Of a stretch of 64,000 nt of DNA, positions 1 to 10,539 are shown piece after piece. Position 1 is the stretch's first letter; each line of letters opens with the position of its first letter. Below the pieces are notes generated by a model. That model was not told the origin of the DNA. It saw only the letters and a list, made by a program, of their open reading frames with translations, and searched no databases. This DNA comes from Nitrospirota bacterium. Its GTDB lineage: Bacteria > Nitrospirota > UBA9217. The stretch is from the NCBI GenBank assembly GCA_963663225.1, contig OY760142.1, positions 2,112,001-2,176,000 of the forward strand, read 5' to 3'. A program made the position numbers and the translations under genes.

Positions 1-99
1 AAAAACGATCCTCTCTACATCGAACGCATCGCGCGTGACAAATTGGGCCTTGCACGCCCAGGGGAGATAGTGTACTATTACAGCGAACAGAAAGACTGA
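1..99 (+). CDS. 3' end of septum formation initiator (FtsB/DivIC family), partial
   Basis: Frame 1 reads KNDPLYIERIARDKLGLARPGEIVYYYSEQKD*, matching the FtsB/DivIC 'YIExxARxxLGxxxPGE' motif. Confidence 0.75.
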   Translation, partial: KNDPLYIERIARDKLGLARPGEIVYYYSEQKD

Positions 100-223
100 A
101 GTACTTTACAGAAACCGAATCATTGCTTTGTGCCGTAGTGAACTGCAGAAATGACCCAGGCAGTTTGATCGCAGCATGCCGTAGGGACCCAGGGGGCGGA
201 GGTGCCCCTGCTTCGCCACGTCC

Positions 224-2428
224 ATGTCAGACCATCCACTTTCCATAGCATTTATCTGGCACATGCACCAGCCCTATTACAAGGATGACATTACAGGGTC
301 TTACATCCTTCCCTGGGTGCGGCTGCATGGAACGAAAGATTATTATGACATGCCGGCACTCCTTGCCGATTTTCCCCAGGTCCACCAGACATTCAATCTT
401 GTTCCTTCACTTCTCAAGCAGATTCTCGATTATGTTGAGAATGGAGCCACGGACAAGTTTCTCGACCTGACGCTCAAACCGGCGGCAGACCTGGACCCCG
501 AAGATAAACAATTCCTGCTTAAGAATTCCTTTATGGCGAACTGGGACACCATGATTAAGCCTTACCGGTCGTATTGGCAGCTGCTCGACCGCAGAGGCTA
601 CAGTGTTGCCGACAACGACCTCCAGAATGCCATGCGGTATTTCAGCACGCAGGATTATCTCGATTTGCAGGTCTGGTTCAACCTGACCTGGTTTGATCCG
701 CTCTTTAAACAAAACGATCCTTTTTTGAAGGAATTGGTGCAAAAAGGTGCCGGATTTACCGAAAAAGAAAAGCAGCTTCTTGTACAGAAACAGAGAGACG
801 TCATGGCGCTTATCATTCCTGAGTACAGGCGCCTTGCAGAAATAGGCAGCATCGAGCTTACCACCACCCCGTTTTATCATCCCATTCTGCCCTTGCTGTA
901 TGATACTGATCTTGCGAGGGTTGCCGTTCCCGATATCCACCTCCCCGCGGAGCGCTTTGCACACCCGGAGGACGCAAAAATCCAGGTTGAACGCGCCATT
1001 GCCTATCATGAAAAACTTTTTGGATTGCGGCCGGCCGGCATGTGGCCTGCAGAAGGATCAGTTGCCGAAGACATTATTCCATTGCTTGCTGATGCCGGAA
1101 TCAAATGGATTGGCACGGATGAAGGAGTGCTCGCCCGGTCGCTCGGCATCCATCTTGATCGAGATTTTTCGGGAGTATTGAAAAACCCCGAAGCCCTCTA
1201 TAAACCGTATCTGGCGGGCAAAGGGGGAAAAAATGTTTCCATCGTATTCCGTGACCATACGCTTTCCGACCTTGTAGGTTTCGTGTATTCCAAATGGGAT
1301 TATAAAAATGCGGCAAATGATCTTATTGACCGGCTCCATCGCATACGGCAGGGGCTGTCACACGGTCCGCACTTGGTTTCCATCATCCTGGACGGAGAAA
1401 ACGCCTGGGAATATTATCAAAACGACGGAAGAGATTTCTTCCTGTATCTCTATGAGCGCCTGAGCAAAGAGCAGGGGCTTCGGTGCGTGACGGTAGGAGA
1501 ATATCTGAGGGAAAACTCCGCTCAGGCGGGCATTGAACGGCTTCATGCCGGCTCGTGGATTAATGCAAATTATCGGATCTGGATCGGGCATGAAGAGGAC
1601 AACCGGGCCTGGGATCTGCTTGCGCAGACGCGCCGGGCGCTGACGGACTATGCGTCCGGAAACGGTGATTCGTCTAAGCTGGCCCAGGCATGGGAAGAGA
1701 TATACATTGCCGAAGGGAGTGACTGGTGCTGGTGGTATGGCGACGATCATTTTTCTGAAAATGATGCAGAGTTTGATCTTTTGTTCAGAACGCACTTGAT
1801 GAATGTGTATCGCACCATAGGCCTTGATATTCCGGACGATCTTCGGATACCCATACTTCGTGAAGACCGGCAGGCGCTCCCGACGGTCGAACTGACGGCT
1901 TTGATTTCTCCTGCTATTGACGGACAAGTCACGAATTATTTCGAATGGCTGCCGGCGGGTTGTTATGACGTGAGCCAGGGAGGGGGGGCCATGCACCGGG
2001 GGGCCTCCATTATCACGCATATTTATTATGGCTTCGATCTGAAAAATATGTTTATCCGGCTTGATCCCGGCGGAAATCTTAATGATGCTAAAGTCTCAGA
2101 TTTGGCTTTTTTCATCAATTTTTTAAATCCTCGCGGTCTTGATGTGGAAGTGCGCATCGTTCCTCAGGAGCGGCAGGTGAACGCAGCCCTTTTCCGTGGT
2201 GAAAACGGTGACCGCAAACAACTTGCAGACATCCATACCGTTGCCGCGAAGGATATCATCGAACTTGCCGTACCCTTTGACCTCATAGGTCTGCGGGCCA
2301 ATGACGAGGTGCAGCTCTTTATCACGGTTGAAAGGACCGGCTCCGAAGTTGAAAAATGGCCCTACCGCGGATATATTCAGTTCAAAGTGCCTACCGAGGA
2401 TTTTGAGGCAACTATGTGGCAGGTCTAA
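224..2428 (+). CDS. Glycoside hydrolase family 57 (amylopullulanase/alpha-amylase-like)
   Basis: WHMHQP, TPFYHPILPL, GMWPAEGSV, LDGENAWE and AEGSDW motifs of GH57. Confidence 0.92.
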   Translation: MSDHPLSIAFIWHMHQPYYKDDITGSYILPWVRLHGTKDYYDMPALLADFPQVHQTFNLVPSLLKQILDYVENGATDKFLDLTLKPAADLDPEDKQFLLKNSFMANWDTMIKPYRSYWQLLDRRGYSVADNDLQNAMRYFSTQDYLDLQVWFNLTWFDPLFKQNDPFLKELVQKGAGFTEKEKQLLVQKQRDVMALIIPEYRRLAEIGSIELTTTPFYHPILPLLYDTDLARVAVPDIHLPAERFAHPEDAKIQVERAIAYHEKLFGLRPAGMWPAEGSVAEDIIPLLADAGIKWIGTDEGVLARSLGIHLDRDFSGVLKNPEALYKPYLAGKGGKNVSIVFRDHTLSDLVGFVYSKWDYKNAANDLIDRLHRIRQGLSHGPHLVSIILDGENAWEYYQNDGRDFFLYLYERLSKEQGLRCVTVGEYLRENSAQAGIERLHAGSWINANYRIWIGHEEDNRAWDLLAQTRRALTDYASGNGDSSKLAQAWEEIYIAEGSDWCWWYGDDHFSENDAEFDLLFRTHLMNVYRTIGLDIPDDLRIPILREDRQALPTVELTALISPAIDGQVTNYFEWLPAGCYDVSQGGGAMHRGASIITHIYYGFDLKNMFIRLDPGGNLNDAKVSDLAFFINFLNPRGLDVEVRIVPQERQVNAALFRGENGDRKQLADIHTVAAKDIIELAVPFDLIGLRANDEVQLFITVERTGSEVEKWPYRGYIQFKVPTEDFEATMWQV

Positions 2429-2508
2429 CCGCTTCCTGCCACAGCGTTATGTTGCCTGGTCCTTGTCTCCTCTACAGCAAGACTGAACAGTGGAGTCTTG
2501 CAAACTGC

Positions 2509-3585
2509 CTACTTCAGAAATAGTTTTTCATATTTTCCATATCCGGTTTTTGCTAAATCCTCGCGAGGAATAAACCTGAGCGCGGCCGAATTCATGCAGT
2601 AGCGCAACCCCGTGGGAGGCGGTCCGTCCTTAAATACATGGCCCAGGTGTGAATCGCCGTGTCTGCTTCTGACTTCTGTCCGCGCCATAAACCAGCTCCG
2701 GTCTTCCTTCTCTACGATATTTCCCGGCTCCAGGGGTTTTGTAAAGCTCGGCCAGCCAGTTCCGGAATCGTATTTATCGAGGGAACTGAACAGAGGTTCC
2801 CCGGAGACGATATCGACATAGATGCCGGGTTTATGATTGTCCCAGTATTCATTCCTGAATGCGGGCTCAGTTCCTTCTTCCTGGGTTACCTTAAATTGGA
2901 GAGGAGTCAGGCGCTGTTTCAGCGCTTCTTTTGTTGGTTTGCTGTATGTTCCGTCTTGTTTCGGTTGTTGGGTGTTTAGTGCCGCATCTTTCCCCCAGAC
3001 CAGTTGCAGATACTGATCGCGGCCGGAATTATATCGGTAGAATTTGTACCGTACCGGATTTTTTTTCCAGTAGTCCTGATGGTAATCTTCCGCCTTGTAG
3101 AAAGGAACAGCTGGCTTTATCTCGGTCACGATTGGTTTCACAAAACGTCCTGATTTGGCAAGTTTCTTCTTTGACTCTTCTGCGAGCCTTTTTTGCGCGT
3201 CAGTGTGGTAGAAAATGGCAGACTTGTACGATGGTCCCCGGTCAACAAACTGTCCGCCCGCATCGGTAGGGTCAATCTGATGCCAGAACACATCAAGCAG
3301 TTTTTCATAGGTCACTTTGGCAGGATCATAAATAACCTCAATAGCCTCCATATGTCCCGTTGTTTCAGAAATTACTTCCTCATATGTTGGGTTGATTGTT
3401 TGACCGCCGGTATAGCCTGAAATTACCTCCCGGACGCCATCCAGTTTTTCGAACGGCGGTACCATGCACCAGAAGCAACCGCCAGCAAAAGTGGCTTTTT
3501 CGAGACGCAAACCGCCGCTTGCATTCGCCTGAGTAAGCAAGAGCGGCAGAAGAAATAGGGTTTCCAGTAAAATTTTTTTTACCAT
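2509..3585 (-). CDS. msrAB: Exported bifunctional peptide-methionine sulfoxide reductase MsrA-MsrB
   Basis: Signal peptide, MsrA GCFWC and AEDYHQ, Msr[20 protein letters not shown]; start moved to ATG 3585 after GGAGG. Confidence 0.93.
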   Translation of the reverse strand: MVKKILLETLFLLPLLLTQANASGGLRLEKATFAGGCFWCMVPPFEKLDGVREVISGYTGGQTINPTYEEVISETTGHMEAIEVIYDPAKVTYEKLLDVFWHQIDPTDAGGQFVDRGPSYKSAIFYHTDAQKRLAEESKKKLAKSGRFVKPIVTEIKPAVPFYKAEDYHQDYWKKNPVRYKFYRYNSGRDQYLQLVWGKDAALNTQQPKQDGTYSKPTKEALKQRLTPLQFKVTQEEGTEPAFRNEYWDNHKPGIYVDIVSGEPLFSSLDKYDSGTGWPSFTKPLEPGNIVEKEDRSWFMARTEVRSRHGDSHLGHVFKDGPPPTGLRYCMNSAALRFIPREDLAKTGYGKYEKLFLK

Positions 3586-3885
3586 TGTTAAATCACCTCC
3601 TTCATGCAACACTACTATATAGTATACAACTGATGGGCAACGTAGATGCACCCGGAAATATGTCAGTACCCATTAATTTTGGTTTTTGGTCAGACTCGCT
3701 CGTCATTTATATTAAAAGTTATGATTTATAATTATTGTTATATTTTTATTAACATGTTGTAAATTTATAATAATCAACTTGTGCATTAAGCACTTATAAT
3801 TTTGATTATATGTTCCCACGCTACGGGACTTTTTATTGGCATGTCTAACTATTGATAAGAACAGGTGATAAAAAAAATAAAAGGC

Positions 3886-3902
3886 TTGGCACACTCCTTG
3901 CT
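3886..3902 (+). promoter_or_regulatory. Sigma54 (-24/-12) promoter upstream of the glcDEF-like operon
   Basis: TTGGCAC-ACTCC-TTGCT matches TGGCAC-N5-TTGC; preceded by a very AT-rich tract (about 3700-3880). Confidence 0.7.
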
Positions 3903-4008
3903 TTATATTTGGACTGAAAGATATAGACAGTTGATAAACCGGCATAATCCTAAATACGGGGTTATGCTTCGATATGCACTTTGACAAGCAGTATTCCGGA
4001 TTTTCTTC

Positions 4009-4037
4009 TTGACAGCTGTGTTTCAAAGTTGTAGCTT
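4009..4037 (+). promoter_or_regulatory. Possible sigma70 promoter for the glcDEF-like operon
   Basis: TTGACA-17 nt-TAGCTT. Confidence 0.35.
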
Positions 4038-4255
4038 AAAGTGTTACAAAGATGTATCATTTTTGGGCAAGAAGTATTCGTGATAATCCCATTATGAGAT
4101 TCAAGCCATCAGTATTTCCGCGCCTGTTTTCACCACGTAGTTGCTGTCCGCCATTATTCTTTAATGTGTTTTACTTGGAGTAGAACGGTCATTATCGAAT
4201 GGAGTGGTTAAGTCAATTCTTAATTAGTACATAGCACACCGAAAGGAGTCCAATA

Positions 4256-5650
4256 ATGGAAAGAGAACAGATCGTCAATGAGTTAAATCGGTTGATCGGT
4301 AAAGAGAAGGTGCTCGCATCGGACATGTGGCGTAAGCTCTATGAGTATGATGCCTATCTGCTCCGGTCAGACCCGGACGCGATTGTCCTGCCAACAACCA
4401 CGGAAGAAGTGGTGAAGATTGTAAAGTTCGCAAACGGCAATAATATTCGCGTCTACACCCGGGGAGCAGGTACAAACCTGACGGGAGGCACCGTCTGCCT
4501 GCAGGGCGGAATTGCCCTTGTCACAACGCGGATGAACAAGGTCCTTGATCTTGATCTTGAAAATCAGCGTATCGTGGTGCAGTCGGGCGCTATCACCCTG
4601 GATATCAAGAATGTCCTGGGAAAGCATGGCTACCTGTACCATCCGGATCCATCCAGCGAAAAAGCTTCGACGCTGGGAGGAAACGTTGGAGAAAACGCCG
4701 GAGGGCCGCACTGCCTTAAATATGGCGTTACGAGCAACCATGTCCTGGGAGGCGAACTGGTTCTGTTTGACGGCCAGGTGATTCAGTTCGGCGGCAAGTC
4801 TCTGGACAATCCGGGTTTTGATCTGCCAGGTATTCTGAACGGATCAGAAGGAACACTCGGTATCATCACGAAGCTCGTTCTTCGCATCGTGCCGAAGGCG
4901 GAAGCAGTAAAGACGATGATGTGCATCTATAACAAGGTTAAAGAAGGAAGCGACACGGTGGCCGATATCATCTCCGAGGGCATCATTCCTGCCACGCTCG
5001 AGATGATGGACAATCTTACGATCAATGCGGTAGAAGACGCTTATAACGCAGGGTTGCCGAAAGACGCCGCTGCCGTTCTGCTGATTGAAATTGATGGTTT
5101 GAAGGACGGTATGGATCGGCTCTGGGAACGCATCCAGAATATCTGCAAAAAACACAATGTGCGTGAAATTCGCGCCGCAAAGGATGAGGCGGAGCGGATG
5201 AAGCTGTGGGCGGCCCGAAAGGGTGCATTTGGCGCCGTCGGTAAACTGCGTCCCAATTACCTGGTGAATGACGGTACGGTGCCCAGGCCGAAACTGCCGG
5301 AGACACTGGATCGGGTCATCGCCATTGGTGAAAAATACAAATTGCCGATTGCGAACGTGTTCCATGCAGGAGACGGCAATCTGCATCCGCTGGTTCTTTT
5401 TGATGAGAGAGATAAGGATGAACTGCGCCGGGTGCAGCTTGCTGCAACTGAGATCATGAAGGTCTGCGCGGATCTCGGCGGAACCATCAGCGGTGAGCAC
5501 GGAATCGGCGTTGAGAAACTCGAAGGCATGTCCTTTGTGTTCAGCGACAAGGACATTGATACGATGAAAAAGGTCAAAGTGGCCTTTGACCCCGTCGACA
5601 GATATAATCCGGGAAAATGTCTTCCCGAGTCACAAAAAGCCGCAGCGTAA
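4256..5650 (+). CDS. glcD: FAD-linked 2-hydroxyacid (glycolate/lactate) dehydrogenase subunit, GlcD-like
   Basis: RGAGTNLTGG, PDPSS, ENAGGPHCLKYG, GSEGTLG, HAGDGNLHP and GEHGIG motifs. Confidence 0.88.
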   Translation: MEREQIVNELNRLIGKEKVLASDMWRKLYEYDAYLLRSDPDAIVLPTTTEEVVKIVKFANGNNIRVYTRGAGTNLTGGTVCLQGGIALVTTRMNKVLDLDLENQRIVVQSGAITLDIKNVLGKHGYLYHPDPSSEKASTLGGNVGENAGGPHCLKYGVTSNHVLGGELVLFDGQVIQFGGKSLDNPGFDLPGILNGSEGTLGIITKLVLRIVPKAEAVKTMMCIYNKVKEGSDTVADIISEGIIPATLEMMDNLTINAVEDAYNAGLPKDAAAVLLIEIDGLKDGMDRLWERIQNICKKHNVREIRAAKDEAERMKLWAARKGAFGAVGKLRPNYLVNDGTVPRPKLPETLDRVIAIGEKYKLPIANVFHAGDGNLHPLVLFDERDKDELRRVQLAATEIMKVCADLGGTISGEHGIGVEKLEGMSFVFSDKDIDTMKKVKVAFDPVDRYNPGKCLPESQKAAA

Positions 5651-5673
5651 GTGCGGAGAAAGGAAAGCCGGGT

Positions 5674-7014
5674 ATGTCTAATTCAGATCAGTTAGTATCC
5701 GCACTTAAGGGAATCGTCGGAGAAGCCAATGTGATATCAAATCCGGATCAGCTTAAAGCTTATGCTGTTGACGGTTTGATCCCGAAGGCCGTGGTAAGTC
5801 CGGGGAGTGCGGAAGAAATTTCCAAAGTAGTGGTTTATGCAAATACAGAAAAGTTGTCGGTTGTACCTCGCGGTAACGGCACCAAGATGGCTGCAGGCGG
5901 AGTTCCGAAAAAAGTGGATATCGTGCTCTCCCTGTTGCGGCTCAATAAAGTTCTGGAGTATGATGTTGCAAACATGAGCTTGTCCGTGGAAGCAGGAATG
6001 ACGTTGGCTGAAGTGCAGAAGAAACTGGGGAATGGAGGGAAGGGTAATTTTATGGCCCTCGACCCGGCACACACGGACAAGGCGACCATTGGCGGCATTA
6101 TTGCAACCAACGCGAGCGGTCCGAGGCGCTACATCTATGGAACCTGCAGAGACATGCTGCTTGGCGTCAAGGTTGTTTCCCCGGAAGGAGCCATCAACTC
6201 GTTCGGCGGAAAAGTGCTGAAAAATGTGTCCGGATACGACATGACCAAGCTGATGATCGGATCGTGGGGCAGCCTAGGCATCATTACGCAGATTACTACG
6301 AAGCTCCTGCCGCTGCCGGAAGCATCCGCCACGCTCCTCGTTTCTCTTGAAAGCTTGACTGCTGCAAATGCTGTTATTAAGAAAGTAATTCACTCAGTTC
6401 TGCTGCCTTCCGCGATTGAATTGATCAGCGCGAAAGCTGCAGAGCGTCTGGGAGAAAAAGCGAAATATCTTTTAGCCTTCAGCCTTGAAGGCGTTGCAGA
6501 AGCGGTGGAACGGCAGGCAACCGACATTGCCGACTTCTCGAAGAAAGAAGGAGCCACCGCCACGAAAGTCCTGAAGGGTGCGGATGATCAGAAGTTCTGG
6601 GTCCGGCTCCGTGATTTCTCGGACGACATGGCAAAAGAGTTCGCTACGCCTATCGTTCTCAAGTCCAATTTCCTTATTTCCAAGCACACTGAACTTCTGG
6701 GGGTTTACGAAAAGCTGGCACAGGCCGCAGGAGTCAGCGCTGCATTTGTTCTGCATGCGGGTAACGGCATTCTGTATACCTACATCTTTGAAAAGGCCGA
6801 CAAGAGCGGTATTGCGGATCTCATCGGCAAGATGACGGCAGAAGCGGCAAAATGTGAGGGGAACCTCATGGTTGACTCCAGTCCGCGGGAAATCAAGGAA
6901 AAAATCAGCGCGTGGGGTCAGCAGCGCGATGATCAGATCATTATGCGCCGCTTGAAGGAAAATTTGGATCCGAATGGTGTTTTAAGCCCGGGCCGGTTTG
7001 TGGGGGGCATTTAA
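5674..7014 (+). CDS. glcE: FAD-binding subunit, GlcE-like
   Basis: ATIGGIIATNASGPRR, GGKVLKNVSGYDMTKL, C-terminal DPNGVLSPGR; follows glcD. Confidence 0.82.
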   Translation: MSNSDQLVSALKGIVGEANVISNPDQLKAYAVDGLIPKAVVSPGSAEEISKVVVYANTEKLSVVPRGNGTKMAAGGVPKKVDIVLSLLRLNKVLEYDVANMSLSVEAGMTLAEVQKKLGNGGKGNFMALDPAHTDKATIGGIIATNASGPRRYIYGTCRDMLLGVKVVSPEGAINSFGGKVLKNVSGYDMTKLMIGSWGSLGIITQITTKLLPLPEASATLLVSLESLTAANAVIKKVIHSVLLPSAIELISAKAAERLGEKAKYLLAFSLEGVAEAVERQATDIADFSKKEGATATKVLKGADDQKFWVRLRDFSDDMAKEFATPIVLKSNFLISKHTELLGVYEKLAQAAGVSAAFVLHAGNGILYTYIFEKADKSGIADLIGKMTAEAAKCEGNLMVDSSPREIKEKISAWGQQRDDQIIMRRLKENLDPNGVLSPGRFVGGI

Positions 7015-7086
7015 GCATAAGCTGCAGGGAGCAGCACTGCTAGAGTGGCTCTCCCTGTGCAGCAGCTGATAAAGGGGTCGACTATT

Positions 7087-8379
7087 ATGAAAGAAAAAAC
7101 GGTTTTTGCAGACAATACAAAAGAAAATATTTATCACTGCATTAAGTGCGGTTTGTGCATGGCCCACTGCCCTGTCTACAAGGAGTTGCTGGTAGAAGCG
7201 GCAACGCCACGCGGAAAAGTCCAGCTTTCCCGTCAGCTTTCCGAAGGGAAACTGGAACTCTCGGAAGAGGTGAAAAACGCCTTCTTCTCCACCTGCCTGC
7301 TGTGCGGCGGATGCGTTGCAAACTGCCCGAGCGGCGTTCACGGCGACCATCTGTATGCCGGTGTCCGCTGGCGCGCGGTGCAGCGCTACGGCCTTGACTG
7401 GAAAAAGAAGGCCATGTTCCAGATGCTCGCCCATCCGTGGATGATGTCAAAAGCGGCCTGGTTTGGAAAATGGGCGCGGAAGATGTTCGGAGGCCCATGG
7501 ATCGAGTCTCATTTGAATGCGGGTGCTTTGAATGTTGCGCGAATTCCCGCTATGAATGACAAGCCGTTTTCCGATATGGTTCCGGAAGTAGTAAAGCCGG
7601 AAGGAAAGGCAAAAGCCAAGGTGCTTTATTTCCACGGCTGCGCCACCAATTATCTGTTCGGGGACATCGGCTTGGCTGTTGTAGACGTGCTCAAGAAAAT
7701 GGGTGTTGAAGTCATTACGCCAAAAAATCAGACCTGTTGCGGAATGCCGATCTTTATGTCCGGCGACCGAGAAGCTTCTCTCCAAAGCATCCGCGAGACC
7801 CTGAAGGTATTTGCACGCGAAGACGTAGATGCCGTGGTATGCGATTGCGCGACCTGCAGTGACGGCCTGAAAAAAGAATATTCCCACCTGCTTCGCGACC
7901 TGCGGGAGCTTGGTGAGAATGTCACCGAGGAAGAATTTAAGGCTGCAGAACTGCTCGGCAAGAAGGTGAAGGACATAAGTGTTTTCATCGACGAGCACAA
8001 GGATTGGATTCCTGCGATAAAATCGAATGGCAAGAAAGTCAGAGTTACCTACCATGATCCTTGCCACCTCGTGAACGGTCAGAAAATCACCGCTCAACCG
8101 AGGAATGTCCTGAAGGCCATCCCCGGTGTCGAATACGTGGAAATGCCCGGTGCCGGCGATTGTTGCGGCGGCGGTGGTTCATTCCAGGTGGAAAATGCAG
8201 AAACTTCCAACAAGATTACGACCAGAAAGGTTGCAAATATTCACAGCACAAAAGCCCAGGTATTGGCAACCAGCTGTCCTGGATGCAATCTGACTATTTC
8301 CAACCATCTTGATCCGGAACAGAAAGTAAAAGTGATGCATCCGGTTCAGCTGCTTCAGATGGCGCTCAACGGTAAATAG
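7087..8379 (+). CDS. glcF: Fe-S subunit with CCG domains, GlcF-like
   Basis: CxxCxxCxxxCP twice, TCCG, YHDPCH, CCGGGG, SCPGC. Confidence 0.85.
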   Translation: MKEKTVFADNTKENIYHCIKCGLCMAHCPVYKELLVEAATPRGKVQLSRQLSEGKLELSEEVKNAFFSTCLLCGGCVANCPSGVHGDHLYAGVRWRAVQRYGLDWKKKAMFQMLAHPWMMSKAAWFGKWARKMFGGPWIESHLNAGALNVARIPAMNDKPFSDMVPEVVKPEGKAKAKVLYFHGCATNYLFGDIGLAVVDVLKKMGVEVITPKNQTCCGMPIFMSGDREASLQSIRETLKVFAREDVDAVVCDCATCSDGLKKEYSHLLRDLRELGENVTEEEFKAAELLGKKVKDISVFIDEHKDWIPAIKSNGKKVRVTYHDPCHLVNGQKITAQPRNVLKAIPGVEYVEMPGAGDCCGGGGSFQVENAETSNKITTRKVANIHSTKAQVLATSCPGCNLTISNHLDPEQKVKVMHPVQLLQMALNGK

Positions 8380-8407
8380 GACAGAGCGGCATAGAAACAC
8401 GGTTTTT

Positions 8408-8447
8408 AAGAGTCCTGTGTGGTTGATTCACACAGGACTCTTTTTTT
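8408..8447 (+). terminator. Rho-independent terminator
   Basis: AAGAGTCCTGTGTG / CACACAGGACTCTT perfect 14-bp stem followed by a T run. Confidence 0.85.
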
Positions 8448-8503
8448 GCATGGAGAATGGCATCTGTTTTTTGCTCTGCTGTAGGCTTTGCGGTGCTTGC
8501 CGG

Positions 8504-9037
8504 TCAGGAAGGAATACTGTGCGCGGGCAGGGTCAATTCGGCGATGTAGGGCAGGTTCCGATATCGTCCGGAGAAGTCCATTCCGTATCCAACAACAAAA
8601 ACATCGGGTATTTCAAATCCCCGGTAGGTGATTGCAACGTCCGAGGTGCGGCGGACTTTCTTGTCCAGGAGGGCCGCCGTGGCTATACTTGCCGGTCTTT
8701 GATCCTTGAATTTTTCAATCAAGCAGTGAAGTGTTGCCCCGGTGTCGACAATGGTATCGACAAGAAGTATGTGTTTATCCTCGACGGCAATCTTGCGATC
8801 CCGGTTGACGGTTACCACTCCGGTTGATACGGCGCAATCGCCGTAGCTTGACGCTTGTACGAATTCAACTGCCGAAGGGACTGTGACTCTGCGCATAAGA
8901 TCCGCTGTGAAAATGAACGCGGCCTTGAGGATAGAAATTAAGACCAATTCCCTGTCTGCATAGTCACGCGAAATTTGGGAGGCGATTTCACCAACGCGCT
9001 TTTTGACTGCCTGTTCATCAAACAGTACTGTATACAT
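8504..9037 (-). CDS. hpt: Hypoxanthine phosphoribosyltransferase
   Basis: ASSYG, ILLVDTIVDTGATL PRPP-binding loop, FVVGYGMD...YRNLPYI; start uncertain (9037 or 9046). Confidence 0.88.
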   Translation of the reverse strand: MYTVLFDEQAVKKRVGEIASQISRDYADRELVLISILKAAFIFTADLMRRVTVPSAVEFVQASSYGDCAVSTGVVTVNRDRKIAVEDKHILLVDTIVDTGATLHCLIEKFKDQRPASIATAALLDKKVRRTSDVAITYRGFEIPDVFVVGYGMDFSGRYRNLPYIAELTLPAHSIPS

Positions 9038-9097
9038 GTTTGGCATCGTTGATTGGATGGGAAGCGAGGAAAGCGCATACACCTGCTGCAGTATGCG

Positions 9098-9673
9098 TTA
9101 CTTCAATCCGCGGCTTCCCGGTTTGACTGGAACGCTTCCTGACTTGCACAAGGGACAGGTCTCGGCGGTATAGGTCGGTACATCAAGCGTTACCAGCGAT
9201 TTGTACGGCACGCCGATATCCGCTTTCCCATTAGAGCGATCTACAAGCGAACCTGCCGCAACAACTACCCCGCCTGCTTTTGCAGCGACATTGATCGTTT
9301 CCTTAGTGGATTTACCGGTTGTAATGACGTCTTCCACGACAAGCACCCGTTCTCCCGGTTTGATTGAAAAACCGCGGCGGAGGACCAGTTCGCCGTTTAC
9401 CCGCTCGGCGAACAACGCTCGTACACCAAGCGCACGTGCGGTTTCGTGTGATACAAAAACTCCGCCAAGGGCCGGTGCGATGACCAGGTCAATTTTCATG
9501 TCGGCAAAATTTTTTGCGAGGGCTGCGCAGAGCTTTGTAGCAAGATCCGGTTGCTGCAGAACAAGTGCACTCTGGAGATAGCGGTCGCTGTGAAGCCCCG
9601 ATGAAAGAAGAAAATGGCCAGTCAGAAGCGCTCCGGTTTTTTTGTAAATTTCCAATACTTCGTCTGATGTCAT
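9098..9673 (-). CDS. pyrE: Orotate phosphoribosyltransferase
   Basis: GHFLLSSGLHS, LRRGF, VVEDVITTGKS, C-terminal CPLC..KPGSR. Confidence 0.93.
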   Translation of the reverse strand: MTSDEVLEIYKKTGALLTGHFLLSSGLHSDRYLQSALVLQQPDLATKLCAALAKNFADMKIDLVIAPALGGVFVSHETARALGVRALFAERVNGELVLRRGFSIKPGERVLVVEDVITTGKSTKETINVAAKAGGVVVAAGSLVDRSNGKADIGVPYKSLVTLDVPTYTAETCPLCKSGSVPVKPGSRGLK

Positions 9674-9764
9674 GGACAAGCAGGCTCCTTTTATGATTGA
9701 TGGAGAAGTTTGGGACGATGCAGGAGAACAATCAAAGCGGTTCAGCCGTCGCGCCCCTCTCGTT

Positions 9765-10511
9765 TTATTTCCGTGGTTTTGCTTTTAATTCAATTTCATC
9801 GAGTATTTTTGTGACTGCTTCGCGTCGGTTGGGAGCTTTCAATACCGGCCTTCCTACTACAATATAATCAGCACCGGCAGCACAGGCTTCACCCGGAGAC
9901 ATGACTCTCTTTTGGTCATCCAGGGCGGCCCATGCAGGCCGTACACCCGGAGTGAGAACAACAAAATCACCCGGGATGGATCTGCGTAGCAGTTTAATTT
10001 CCTGCGGTGAGGCCACGACGCCGTCCATTCCGGCACGCTGGGCCATGCGCGCCAGGTGCGCTACCTCCCTCTGGAGAGATCGCGTTATTTTAAGCTCTCT
10101 TTTCAGGCTTTTTTCATCCATACTGGTAAGGATTGTGACGGCAAGAACAAGAGGCAGCGGTTTGCTCCATTTCTGAGCAGCTTCTTTTGCCGATTGCGCA
10201 GCGGCCTTCATCATATCGAATCCGCCTAACGCATGAACATTGAAAATGCTGACCCCCAGTTTCACCGCTTCCTCAGAAGCCTTCGCAACGGTATTAGGAA
10301 TATCATGGTATTTGAGATCGAGAAAGACCCTGCCGCCTGTGCTGATGGTCTTTCTGACGATGTCAGATCCGTAGGCCGTGAAAAGCTGATGACCGATCTT
10401 GAACGTGCCCACGACGTCCTTCAGTTCGTGCACGATCGTCAGCGCTTCAGAAGCGTCATCGACATCCAGTGCGAGAACAAGCGGATTTTTAACAGTCGGA
10501 AAATTCGTCAT
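9765..10511 (-). CDS. pyrF: Orotidine-5'-phosphate decarboxylase
   Basis: LALD, FLDLKYHDIPNTV, TPGVRP, DDQKR, VVGRP. Confidence 0.95.
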   Translation of the reverse strand: MTNFPTVKNPLVLALDVDDASEALTIVHELKDVVGTFKIGHQLFTAYGSDIVRKTISTGGRVFLDLKYHDIPNTVAKASEEAVKLGVSIFNVHALGGFDMMKAAAQSAKEAAQKWSKPLPLVLAVTILTSMDEKSLKRELKITRSLQREVAHLARMAQRAGMDGVVASPQEIKLLRRSIPGDFVVLTPGVRPAWAALDDQKRVMSPGEACAAGADYIVVGRPVLKAPNRREAVTKILDEIELKAKPRK

Positions 10512-10539
10512 ATATCGGAGTATTCAATTTCGTGGGTCA

